The translations under genes were made by a program, and so were the position numbers. Shown here one piece after another: positions 9,952-19,142 of a stretch of DNA of 64,000 bases. Every line of letters starts with the position of its first letter. The first letter of the stretch is position 1. The stretch is from a virus (lineage: Duplodnaviria; Caudoviricetes): positions 1-64,000 of IMG/VR virus record IMGVR_UViG_3300013121_000054; one strand, given 5' to 3'. The notes under the pieces were generated by a model that saw only the letters and a list, made by a program, of their open reading frames with translations, had not been told where the DNA came from and ran no database searches.

Positions 9952-10187
9952 TCCCGATCAGCAGAGGGTGCGGATCTTTGATCCAATGCTAATGCTGAGA
10001 CACCATAGTCACAGTAGGTTGTGTTGTGCCGTGCTTGTATGAAATAGAGACAAGAATTTCAGCGGAGTTACACAATGGAACCGTTTCGGCGCCGTGTTGG
10101 TAACCATAAGCGGTGGTCATACATACTGAGCCAAGCCTGCTACGGCAGACCAAATAATATGCAGAGCCCAGGGTGAGTCACACACCT

Positions 10188-10217
10188 AAAAGCAGCCCCG
10201 AAAGGGGCTGCCGTTTT
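10188..10217. terminator. bidirectional intrinsic terminator between the convergent arms
   Basis: AAAA-GCAGCCCC-GAAA-GGGGCTGC-cg-TTTT. Confidence 0.8.
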
Positions 10218-10809
10218 ATGCACACTTCCAGATCAGCCTGGTGCCACTCCACGCAAGATGCCCGGGTCGCAGCGACTTGCCACCAGGTGGAATCAAATCT
10301 CTATACCAGTTCAGCTTTCGTACTTCTTCCAGGGAGTTGCGATCGAAGAGGTGGCGCTCGACAGCCCGCCGCCTGACCAGACCGGTCAGAATAACGCCCT
10401 TGCGCTCCCCGTGGAACCACTCATCAGCACCATCTGCAAAGCCATGCAAATCGCCTGCGCAAAGTTTGTGAAAGCTCTCGGCAGTATCCCAGCCCTTGCC
10501 GTTATAAGACCAGCTCAGAAAAGCTGCTTTCTGCCCGGGTGTCATCTTTGCAGCGATGGCAGCCGGCACTTTGTGCACGAAGATCTCATAGCGCCGCTGG
10601 ATGCCCTCGGCAAGCCATTTGTCTGCGGTTTCGCGGGTGATGTGCATCGGATGCGCAGAAAGAGGTATTGCGGTACCCCAGCCGATGGTCGCCTGCAGGT
10701 GCTCCTCCCCCTTCACGATATAGCTGTCGAGATGGCAGTTATCACTGGCCTCGAAATGCTCGATCACTGGCAGGGTGATAGCAAGAGTAGCGGGATCTAT
10801 CGCGGTCAT
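10216..10809 (-). CDS. endolysin, GH24 phage lysozyme
   Basis: IEHFE...ATIGWG, QKAAFLSWSYNG, ILTGLVRRRAVERHLF. Confidence 0.85.
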   Translation of the reverse strand: MTAIDPATLAITLPVIEHFEASDNCHLDSYIVKGEEHLQATIGWGTAIPLSAHPMHITRETADKWLAEGIQRRYEIFVHKVPAAIAAKMTPGQKAAFLSWSYNGKGWDTAESFHKLCAGDLHGFADGADEWFHGERKGVILTGLVRRRAVERHLFDRNSLEEVRKLNWYRDLIPPGGKSLRPGHLAWSGTRLIWKCA

Positions 10810-11078
10810 TTGGAATACTGCTCGACAAGCTGAGCAACGGCTTGGCAGACCTGCTTCTCATGCCCGCCGAAAAGGCACCAGGCACCAAAGCCCACGGCTG
10901 CGCCGCCGCCAACATAGAGCGGAAAAACTAAGACCTTTCTCGTGTAGTGCCCGGCTTTTTGTACCAGGACTTTCACGACCCCCGGCTTTTTAACCGGCTC
11001 GGGAGGAGTCAAGTCGTCTGCATAGACGGCTTGTGTCGAGAGAATTGCTACCGTGAGCACCTTAACGAGAGTTTTCAT
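10806..11078 (-). CDS. secreted/membrane protein of the lysis cassette
   Basis: signal-like MKTLVKVLTVAILSTQAVYA plus an internal hydrophobic segment. Confidence 0.55.
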   Translation of the reverse strand: MKTLVKVLTVAILSTQAVYADDLTPPEPVKKPGVVKVLVQKAGHYTRKVLVFPLYVGGGAAVGFGAWCLFGGHEKQVCQAVAQLVEQYSK

Positions 11079-11382
11079 CTTTCTTCTTCTCCAGATATGC
11101 CTTCTTGCGATCTTTTGGGAAAGCGAAGGCGATGATTATTGCCAGGGCAGACAGGCTCGACCAGAGGATTCGCTCTTGATGCCAGGGCTCGTGCCGAATC
11201 AGACAGTCAATCCAAGTCAGCATCATATAGACCATCGGTGTAGCAGCGACGGTCTGACCACAGCGGCGAACCACATCAGCCTTTGATTCCGTCAAGTGGT
11301 CTTCGCACTTAACGCAAAGGTGAGTAGTTATCTCTCCGTCGAATGGCGGCTCTTCTGATTGTGGTGCTGGCAGCTCAGCCAT
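11062..11382 (-). CDS. membrane protein (holin candidate; start uncertain)
   Basis: TM segment ILWSSLSALAIIIAFAFP followed by a basic C-tail, upstream of the endolysin. Confidence 0.45.
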   Translation of the reverse strand: MAELPAPQSEEPPFDGEITTHLCVKCEDHLTESKADVVRRCGQTVAATPMVYMMLTWIDCLIRHEPWHQERILWSSLSALAIIIAFAFPKDRKKAYLEKKKDENSR

Positions 11383-11474
11383 CTGTGCGGATTCCTATAG
11401 TGAAGCAAGCCGCAGGCCGCACACACAAAAGCCACCGGCAATACAATGTCCTTGAGTAAAGCGATCAAATCCAT
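11328..11474 (-). CDS. 48-aa membrane peptide (holin candidate; below the ORF-track cutoff)
   Basis: AGGA RBS; MDLIALLKDIVLPVAFVCAACGLLHYRNPHRW... Confidence 0.4.
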   Translation of the reverse strand: MDLIALLKDIVLPVAFVCAACGLLHYRNPHRWLSCQHHNQKSRHSTER

Positions 11475-11522
11475 TGGGTGTGTTCCTGTCTGTTTTGAGA
11501 GTCACAAGAGCCCGAGGGCTCG

Positions 11523-11984
11523 CTATTTTGTCAGCTCGTCCGCGGCTTCCTTGAGAATTGCGGGTGCTGACTGAGCCAAGAACATTGCGCGCTTTTGGAT
11601 CGCGAAGAGTCTTGGCAATGCGTGGAACAGCACCAGGAGATCGGCGCCATTCAAATACTTGTCTGCTTCGATCGTTAACACGCCGATAGCTTCAGAGAAT
11701 TTTTTCTCTGCGAGATCACTTAGGACTACCGGGCCGCTTTCCACCGATGCCTTCTCCATCTTTTCGAGCACTGGATCAAGCTCGGCATTCAGAGCAGCAA
11801 AGTCATCTTTGATCTGTGCCAGATCGGCGTGACCATCATGATCACCATCGACCTTCTCAAACTTATCTCTGGCGTGATCTACCGAGACCTTAGCCTCCGC
11901 CTGTTTTTCTTGGATGAAGCTCTTGATTGGATTGAACATTTCCACCACCGAGGAAAGGGATTTTGAATGCCGTGTATTGTGCAC
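11523..11984 (-). CDS. hypothetical helical protein
   Basis: 153-aa ORF; the true start may be the internal MFNPIKSF. Confidence 0.55.
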   Translation of the reverse strand: MHNTRHSKSLSSVVEMFNPIKSFIQEKQAEAKVSVDHARDKFEKVDGDHDGHADLAQIKDDFAALNAELDPVLEKMEKASVESGPVVLSDLAEKKFSEAIGVLTIEADKYLNGADLLVLFHALPRLFAIQKRAMFLAQSAPAILKEAADELTK

Positions 11985-12029
11985 AAGACATAATGCTAAG
12001 CATGGTGCAGGTTTCCTGCACCGTCAAAG

Positions 12030-13502
12030 CTAATAATCGATATTTTGCTTCTCTGCGACCACAGTAGTCGCATCGAGTGGAGATGGTTGAGGATTCAGCG
12101 TGTCTATCTCGATGTAGATCTTGTCTGTCGGAAGCAAGTGCAGGCTGGCCGATGTGCCAGTCAGCACAAGAGTATTGGCTGAATCGGGAGAAAGTGTGCT
12201 GAGGTCAAGCGGTCCACCATTAATCAGGGTCGGCCCGCCATAATTCTTGGTGATAATCAGCGTACCACCAGGCGCGCCACCGACCGAAATTGTCAGTCTC
12301 GTGATATCGCACTCACGAACCGGTGGCAAATAGGTGTAATAAGCAGTGTTATCAGCGAGCGCCAAGCCACCGCCCGGCGTGAAAGTGAGCAGCTCGCGCT
12401 TCGCCGCCGGCCCAATGATTGCCTGCTGGAAAAGATTTTGAACCGCCACCACGCCATTCAGCAGCGGATTGAGCAGTGTCTTGTGATCGAGAGTCTGCGT
12501 ACCATTCACGGTGGCCATTGTGTCGGTGGCTTCAGGAACCGTTACCGTCGCCCCTGCCGCAGTCTCCAGAGAATTGCTACCGAGCTTCGGGGCTGCGGTG
12601 AAGGTCTGCTTAAGGCTGAAAGTCTGCGCCGCATCGGTCTTGGCAGTATTGCTGCTGACACTAACGGTGGTGGCGCCACTCGCAGTGGCAATGTTTATAC
12701 CAGTGCCCTGTGTAAGCACCGTGCCTTGCGGGTAGTTTGGATCGGCAGCAGTGAGCACCACATGCGCCTGCTGGAGTGAATTGCCGTTTTTGTAGATCGG
12801 TGAAAGGGCAGCCAGGCGGGTAATGGCTGTAACCGTGGAGCCATTGCTGACCACTTTCTGGAGAGCAAGCCCGGGCTGACCAGTAGGTGCCGCCGCGCCA
12901 TTTGTCACAGCCACATGATTAACCGAGCCATCGCCGAGCAGGTAATCATAAGTATCTTTGCTGGCGGTGTAGGTATAGCTATAGCCGCTCGACACCACAC
13001 GGATGCCTTGTGAATAGGCGATTCCAGAGGGAGTGGTGACTGCAAAGCCGCTACCCGGCACCGAGCCTAAGAGCCCCGAGACTACCCAATCTGCAAATAC
13101 ATCGCCAGTGGTCAGCTTCGGTGTCAGATCCTTGTCGGAATACTGCCGCCAGACGGCCGCGCCGACTGTCGGATCTACGCAGACATATGCCTGCTTCGCT
13201 ACAGCATCGATCCAGAGCGAGCCGATGCCATAACCGTCTGCCGAGTCGTCACCCACCGCAGGTGCGACAGATGCGCTCAGATTAGTCTTCGGACCATTGA
13301 GCGACTGCCAGCTCGTGCCGTTATACATCCAAAGCACGCCATTGTTTAGCACGTAGGTCTTATTGGCGGTTGGATTCGGGATCGCGCTTGTGGACTGGTT
13401 AAAATACAATCCGACAGAAGACGCAGTAGCCCAAGCAAAGGGCATAACACATGCCGCAATGCCGATAAGCAGAGCGATCTTCTTCTTGTTACGCAGCATC
13501 AA
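12030..13502 (-). CDS. tail fibre/receptor-binding-like protein with N-terminal signal peptide
   Basis: Thr/Ser/Gly-rich; APAVGDDSADGYGIGSLWID fibre motif; lies after the baseplate genes. Confidence 0.65.
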   Translation of the reverse strand: MMLRNKKKIALLIGIAACVMPFAWATASSVGLYFNQSTSAIPNPTANKTYVLNNGVLWMYNGTSWQSLNGPKTNLSASVAPAVGDDSADGYGIGSLWIDAVAKQAYVCVDPTVGAAVWRQYSDKDLTPKLTTGDVFADWVVSGLLGSVPGSGFAVTTPSGIAYSQGIRVVSSGYSYTYTASKDTYDYLLGDGSVNHVAVTNGAAAPTGQPGLALQKVVSNGSTVTAITRLAALSPIYKNGNSLQQAHVVLTAADPNYPQGTVLTQGTGINIATASGATTVSVSSNTAKTDAAQTFSLKQTFTAAPKLGSNSLETAAGATVTVPEATDTMATVNGTQTLDHKTLLNPLLNGVVAVQNLFQQAIIGPAAKRELLTFTPGGGLALADNTAYYTYLPPVRECDITRLTISVGGAPGGTLIITKNYGGPTLINGGPLDLSTLSPDSANTLVLTGTSASLHLLPTDKIYIEIDTLNPQPSPLDATTVVAEKQNIDY

Positions 13503-14865
13503 GCCCTTTCTCCTTTACGTCGTCACCTACGCCTACTTTGACGATCTTGCCACCACCCTTGATGTCTTCGCCATGCAAGTAGTCATGGCAGAGATTCTCA
13601 AATTGCCCTTTGGGTCCAAAGGAGGCCATGAGCGAAGCGACCGATCTGTCTGTCGCATCGAATCTATTTGTGCCATGCAGCTTGGCCAGGGCAGCCATAA
13701 AGGTAGCGCGTTTCTCGACCTGCACGATTAGCGGCAAGGTCGGTCTGCCGGTGATTGTCTCGATCACACCTGCATCGCCACCATTGCCAGCATCGCCACC
13801 AGAGCCGCCACCAGCGCCGCCGCTTCCGCCGGTCAGCGTCACGGTGCCAGAGCCGCTGAAACTCGGTGCAAATCTAAGATAGATACCGCCCGAGCCACCG
13901 CCGCCGCCACCACCTTTGCCGAGCCCTGCGCCGCCCTGGCCGCCGCTGATGATGATCTTGCCGTTGTTAACGATGGTTGTCTGGCTAAAAAAGAAAACAG
14001 ATCCACCCGCGCCGCCGCCGCCACCGCCATGGCCCGTGGCAGTTGCGACGCCGCCATCGGAGCCAAACGACGATACTTGTCCACCGCTGCTGATCGTGAT
14101 GCTGCCCGCAGCCACTATGCGAAGCGAGCCAGGAGCCGCGCCTGCGTCTTGGGAATCATCAGCATTTTGATCCGGATTGGGATCGGAAGGGTGTGGGTGT
14201 GGCGCATGGGTGACTGGAGGATTCCAAAACCGCAGCAAGCCAGAGCCGCCAGAATCCCAGTGGTTGAGCACAGCAGCATAGTGATCCCAAATCAGACCGC
14301 CGTGCAGGCGCGGGCGTCCGCCCAAATACTGCCTGCCGCCCGGGGCTAGCGATTTAGCGCCGCCGCCACCACCACCACCACCATAATTGCCGGTAGCTAC
14401 GCTGGCACCCTGACCACCGCCGCCCCCAATGCCGGAATCCGAGCCGAGCCCATTACCGCCATCGCCGCCGACGCCACCATTGCCGCCGCCACCACCGCCG
14501 CCATCGCCCCCGGTGCCAGTGGTGTCACCGCCACCAGAGCCGCCACCAGGACCATTGCCGCCAGCACCTGGACCGCCGCCTTTATAGTCATGGTTAACGT
14601 TGATCAAGCCCAGGATCGACACATTGCCGAGGGCATTAAGCACAGAGCCGCTCGGTAGCACCTGGGCTTGAGATGCAGCAACCGTGAAATTCTGATGATT
14701 GCGTTGGATCTGGGTATTTTCAGCCACGCTCGTGCTGATCGTGACCGATCCGTCGCTCCCATCGCCGCCGAATCTAACCCAGCCAGGGCGCTGCGCCGTA
14801 GCATTCGCCATGGCTCCAGACGACAGAAGAAGAGCAGCCACCAAGGCTGGAATCGTAAGCTTCAT
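13489..14865 (-). CDS. glycine-rich fibre-like protein with signal peptide
   Basis: FGGDGSDG start of a Gly-rich domain with poly-Gly tracts; paralogous to the C-terminus of 29646-32942. Confidence 0.65.
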   Translation of the reverse strand: MKLTIPALVAALLLSSGAMANATAQRPGWVRFGGDGSDGSVTISTSVAENTQIQRNHQNFTVAASQAQVLPSGSVLNALGNVSILGLINVNHDYKGGGPGAGGNGPGGGSGGGDTTGTGGDGGGGGGGNGGVGGDGGNGLGSDSGIGGGGGQGASVATGNYGGGGGGGGAKSLAPGGRQYLGGRPRLHGGLIWDHYAAVLNHWDSGGSGLLRFWNPPVTHAPHPHPSDPNPDQNADDSQDAGAAPGSLRIVAAGSITISSGGQVSSFGSDGGVATATGHGGGGGGAGGSVFFFSQTTIVNNGKIIISGGQGGAGLGKGGGGGGGSGGIYLRFAPSFSGSGTVTLTGGSGGAGGGSGGDAGNGGDAGVIETITGRPTLPLIVQVEKRATFMAALAKLHGTNRFDATDRSVASLMASFGPKGQFENLCHDYLHGEDIKGGGKIVKVGVGDDVKEKGLDAA

Positions 14866-16152
14866 TTAGCCTCCCGCGTAAGCATCGAGTATGAAATAGT
14901 TGCCCGGGGCATTGCCTCCATCCGCCTTGAGGCGCACAGAGTCGCCACCTTTGACCAGTTCATACTTGTCTGAGTGTTCAATTTGATTGCTACCGGTCGG
15001 CCAGATCGTCGCCGTATAGCCGACGTTAGTATCAATCCGCTTGAGCGTGATATCTTTCGTATCTACCGTGTCAGGGATGTGGATATCCACCGCAGGAGTC
15101 TGTACGTTCAAGAAGTAAACGCCAGAATCAGAGATGGTGAGGGGAAATGTATCCTCGTAATTGGGCGGATCGTCGAGGCCGCCGCCACCACCGCCACCAC
15201 CGACAGTGCTCATCGACTGCCAGAGCGTGCCCGAGATCCACGTCCAGACATTAACGAGAGAGCCGCTCACGACCTCAAAAGCGATCATCCCTTGCGCCCC
15301 AGCGGTGCCATTGGGGTCAGCCGATACTACTTTGAACAGCGGCAGCTTCCACCCCGAGCCAGGGCTGGTGCTGGCCACTAGAAGATTGGCAAAGGGGAGA
15401 ATCCCTTGAACTTCGGACGTGAGATCGATCTGCGGAGCCTGACCGCCGCCGCCCAGGTGGTGCTGAGTATAAAGACCGCCAGCGAAAGGCGCGCGAGGGT
15501 AGCCGGAATACGCATCAGGGCCAGCCACTTTGATGTCAGCATCGACCACCTGGGTCTGCCCTTGGTGCAGGTTGATCAGGTACATCGGCACATAGCCCGC
15601 AGTGGCCGCTGGTGGCACTTCGCCGCCGCCGCCTGCCGGATTGCCATAGGTGAGCTTAATGTCTGCCAATCCATGCCTTATGCTTGGCGTGGGGTCGCCG
15701 CTGTCGGCAGGGCCGTCGAGCGGATTGCCAGGATCGGACGTGTTGTAAAACTTTTTGACGGGCTCAGGGTCGCCTTCTCGCTGATCGTCGGATTGCTTGA
15801 ATCCAACTTGTATAAGAGCCCATTTGTGCTGTCCGGTGGTCAGGTCGCTGATATCGAACTCAATCACCTTGCCATCTGTGGTGCCCATCTGGTAGACCAG
15901 CGTTGAGTCTTCATCGAATGGCCCCCACGGATCGGCATCCATGACGGTCTTCTGGAGCAGGATGCCTTGCCCGATGTTGATCGACATATCTGGAGAGAGT
16001 TGCGCGGTCGCTGCGAAATATCTCAGCGCAGCATCATCGCTACCCAGCAGCAGCTCGGCAAGCTTTCCGTAACCAGTGATTACATCCTTGATGAAGGACA
16101 GAAAATCGAAGGCGCGAATCTGTTGCAGAGACTCAATATAAGGTTTTTCCAC
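14866..16152 (-). CDS. baseplate/tail fibre attachment protein
   Basis: AGGAG RBS then GTG at 16152 (MEKPYIESLQQIRAFDF); position after the wedge genes. Confidence 0.6.
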   Translation of the reverse strand: MEKPYIESLQQIRAFDFLSFIKDVITGYGKLAELLLGSDDAALRYFAATAQLSPDMSINIGQGILLQKTVMDADPWGPFDEDSTLVYQMGTTDGKVIEFDISDLTTGQHKWALIQVGFKQSDDQREGDPEPVKKFYNTSDPGNPLDGPADSGDPTPSIRHGLADIKLTYGNPAGGGGEVPPAATAGYVPMYLINLHQGQTQVVDADIKVAGPDAYSGYPRAPFAGGLYTQHHLGGGGQAPQIDLTSEVQGILPFANLLVASTSPGSGWKLPLFKVVSADPNGTAGAQGMIAFEVVSGSLVNVWTWISGTLWQSMSTVGGGGGGGGLDDPPNYEDTFPLTISDSGVYFLNVQTPAVDIHIPDTVDTKDITLKRIDTNVGYTATIWPTGSNQIEHSDKYELVKGGDSVRLKADGGNAPGNYFILDAYAGG

Positions 16153-16174
16153 ACTTTCTCTCCTGGTCTTGAGC

Positions 16175-17554
16175 CTATGGCTCAAAGATGGCCCAGTAGA
16201 GATTCTGTGTGTCGTCTGGCGGCTGCGCAAAGGTAAAAGTGAGTGTATTCGGTGTTTTGTCGATCAACACCTGAGTATTCCACTCAGCCATCGCAAATGC
16301 CTCAAACGGTCGCCGAGTCTTGATCGGTATCACGAATTGTGTGGTGCCAGGCGGAATCTCGACTTTGCCGGCCTTGCCATCCGCAGTGGGAAAGAAGCCA
16401 TACGAGATGGCAGCTCCGCTCGGGGCTGGCACAGCGGAAAAGTTTATCGCTTTGTGAGTGGAGTCGGTGGCATCCACGTCGAGCCACAGTGCTGTATTCC
16501 AGTTCGGCGTCACAATCAGCACATAGCTGCTCAGGGCAGCCGGCACTCCGATTCTCTGACTGATTGCATCTTGCCTGATCCGAAGTTGCCCAAAGCCTGG
16601 AGTGAGAAGAGAAGCTGCGATCCAGTCGCATCTGGCACCCTGCGGCGCAGCAGTCGAGAAGATCAGGCGGAAGCCACCGCCCGGCAGTCTCTTTGTGCTG
16701 ACCGTTGTATTCCAGTTGGCATTTGTGAGCACCGCAAATGGTGAGTTGAAAGGTGGCGAGAGCGTGACATCGCGGAAGGTATTGCCCTCTCTGATGGTAT
16801 AAGAGCCGCCAGTCGGCTGTGTGCGGAAGAACTGATTATTATACTGGCGGAATACTTTGGTGCCATACGCCTTGACGCGATTTACAAGCTCATCGAGCCG
16901 CGCCGCATTCAGGAACCACGAAGCATCAAACTGTGTATAAAAACTGGCATCCCAGAAGCCATTCGCATCAAAAGCTACAAAGCCGGTGGACTTAAGACCC
17001 TTAACGCGCGGCAGCGGTGAGATGAATGCACCCTTCCATCGGAGCGCGGGATTTGCCCAGCGCGCAGGCGCCTGCTGGTTGTCCACATCCCAGTAGCTAT
17101 TCGCATCAAAGGCGCCAGTGTCTTGCAGTCGCCACGGCTCGATCACGCGCGGAGTCAGCCCGGTGAAGCGTTCGATCATCTTAATCAGGGCTGGTCTGGT
17201 GGCAGCCGGCAAGAACATATTATCGATGATCCGTTGGCGAAAGGCTTCATCACTCTCACCCAGCACCCTGGTGACCAGCGCGGGGAAGCCATAAGCAGGG
17301 CCAAGAAAATCATTCGCGACCAGATCGAGCGCTTCGCCCTCAGCCGTCATCAGTCGGCAGGCGTGGAAGACGTAAAGCAAATTATTATTCGTCACCTCAA
17401 GCTCAGCGCCCACTGCTTTGAACAGTGAGTAAAGCTTGCCTCCTGGGGCTCGCGCAGTCTCACCAGCCCACTCTGCTGGAAAGGTAGAGAGGAGCCTCAC
17501 GGCCCAATCGTCGGCGTCAAGATCTGTTCTGATTTGGGTGGGTATATCTGGCAT
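16175..17554 (-). CDS. baseplate wedge protein (gpI/Mu gp48-like N-terminus)
   Basis: RLMTAEGEALDLVANDFLG...RVLGESDEAFRQRI; follows baseplate J. Confidence 0.7.
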   Translation of the reverse strand: MPDIPTQIRTDLDADDWAVRLLSTFPAEWAGETARAPGGKLYSLFKAVGAELEVTNNNLLYVFHACRLMTAEGEALDLVANDFLGPAYGFPALVTRVLGESDEAFRQRIIDNMFLPAATRPALIKMIERFTGLTPRVIEPWRLQDTGAFDANSYWDVDNQQAPARWANPALRWKGAFISPLPRVKGLKSTGFVAFDANGFWDASFYTQFDASWFLNAARLDELVNRVKAYGTKVFRQYNNQFFRTQPTGGSYTIREGNTFRDVTLSPPFNSPFAVLTNANWNTTVSTKRLPGGGFRLIFSTAAPQGARCDWIAASLLTPGFGQLRIRQDAISQRIGVPAALSSYVLIVTPNWNTALWLDVDATDSTHKAINFSAVPAPSGAAISYGFFPTADGKAGKVEIPPGTTQFVIPIKTRRPFEAFAMAEWNTQVLIDKTPNTLTFTFAQPPDDTQNLYWAIFEP

Positions 17555-18769
17555 TTAGTATGTGCTCACGATGATCGACTCTGAGCGGATGCGCAAAATG
17601 TGCTTGTAGAAAACAGGAATATCATCGAAGCGATCAGGATCATCCTGAGTGAGCAGCACGCCGCTTGCTTCGCCGACGCCGAGAATCGAATCGTCCGAAT
17701 CCTGTACCGCACGCAGCACCTGGCTGAAATAGAGAGTCTCGCCAATCTTGCGCGTGTTGACATGATCCAGCACAGCATTCTTGATTGTGTTTATCAGCTT
17801 CGATGACAGCACCACGCCTGGCTTAAGGTGCACGTAGATAGCGATCTGGTAGATCCAGATTTCCAGCGGTGGGATGACATCATATTCGACTGTGAAAGCT
17901 CGATACTCCTCAATCGAATCAGAGATTTGATCGAGCAGTTTCTTCGGCGGAGCGCCCGAGCCGTCATTGATGATCGCAAGAAAGAAACCATCTTTCGGCA
18001 CGCCCTGCGCGTTTAGATTTTCATAGAGGGCGAAATCTAGCCCTTGGCGCACCTTCACGATTGCATAAGTGATAGCGCCCTTGGTGGCGCGAGCAAGACT
18101 GTTTATATAGAGGATGAATTGCGCCTTTACTTCATCGTTGGTGGCTTTATCTTTACCATTCAAGATCGGCTGATCATTCGTGACAGACAAGCCGGTCAGT
18201 GTAGTGACTGTGAGCTGATCGGCCTGCACGTTATACGCGGTGCCAGCATTAACAGATTCCACCCTGGCCGATACAGTCGTCTGCCCTGCTGGAATGACGT
18301 AGGCTCCAAGTGCGTTATCCCAGCCAGGCAAGCTGGTATCACCAATTACCGTGTATTGAATCAGCGTGTCTTCTGTGCCGATCGTGGCGCCTTCAGCGAT
18401 CAAGATGTCGCTCGTGGTCGGTGCAGCCAGGGAGAAAGTCACGAGCCCAATAGCCTGCTGTGACTGCTGACGCTGCAAGCCATAATCGGCGATAAAGCTG
18501 TCAACATCGGACTCTGACTTGCAGGTCGAGAGTCGCGCATAGGCATATACCGCATTGATCTGCCGCAGTATATACATGATGTTGATCGCGATCGATTCCA
18601 TGATCGCGAGGAGTGGATCGCCCGGTGTGAGATTGGGCACCAGATTCAGTGCGCCCGCCCAGGAGGCAACCAGGGAGCTTACCAACTGCTGGAAAGTCTT
18701 GATCTTAAGTGCCACTTTGCTGCTGCTCCTGATTGCCAATGCTGAATTTAATGGCAGACTTTGTGCCAT
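17555..18769 (-). CDS. baseplate J-like protein
   Basis: DVDSFIADYGLQR..S.QAIGLVTF, AGTAYNV...., GKDKATNDE. Confidence 0.85.
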   Translation of the reverse strand: MAQSLPLNSALAIRSSSKVALKIKTFQQLVSSLVASWAGALNLVPNLTPGDPLLAIMESIAINIMYILRQINAVYAYARLSTCKSESDVDSFIADYGLQRQQSQQAIGLVTFSLAAPTTSDILIAEGATIGTEDTLIQYTVIGDTSLPGWDNALGAYVIPAGQTTVSARVESVNAGTAYNVQADQLTVTTLTGLSVTNDQPILNGKDKATNDEVKAQFILYINSLARATKGAITYAIVKVRQGLDFALYENLNAQGVPKDGFFLAIINDGSGAPPKKLLDQISDSIEEYRAFTVEYDVIPPLEIWIYQIAIYVHLKPGVVLSSKLINTIKNAVLDHVNTRKIGETLYFSQVLRAVQDSDDSILGVGEASGVLLTQDDPDRFDDIPVFYKHILRIRSESIIVSTY

Positions 18770-19133
18770 CTAGCAACCAGAAGTCGGCCTGGACTTTGAG
18801 AATATCCGGCCTTGGCTGGCTGAAAGTTATCACCGGGAAGAGACTGGGATCAACAGCCGCATCCATCTTAATGCCCTGCTCTGTAACCTGCCTGATCTTC
18901 GCTTTCTGATCATCGGTGAATTTGCCTTGCACGAATGCGCGAAAAGAGAGCCCATACTGCGGGTGGAAGATGTAATCGGGCGGGATGATCTCACCGCTCA
19001 GAATGGTCTTACTATTTGTCAAAATGCGCCGAGCGATGCGAGAGACTACCTCATCTTCTCCATCTTCGGTGACCAGTCCACCATTCTGATTGACTACAAG
19101 ATCCTCGCCCCAATTTAATTTTAGAGCCGTCAT
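18705..19133 (-). CDS. baseplate wedge gp25/gpW-like protein
   Basis: LNWGEDLVVNQNGGL...RRILTN...YIFHPQYGLSF; synteny. Confidence 0.7.
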   Translation of the reverse strand: MTALKLNWGEDLVVNQNGGLVTEDGEDEVVSRIARRILTNSKTILSGEIIPPDYIFHPQYGLSFRAFVQGKFTDDQKAKIRQVTEQGIKMDAAVDPSLFPVITFSQPRPDILKVQADFWLLDGTKSAIKFSIGNQEQQQSGT

Positions 19134-19142
19134 GCCGCCTCC

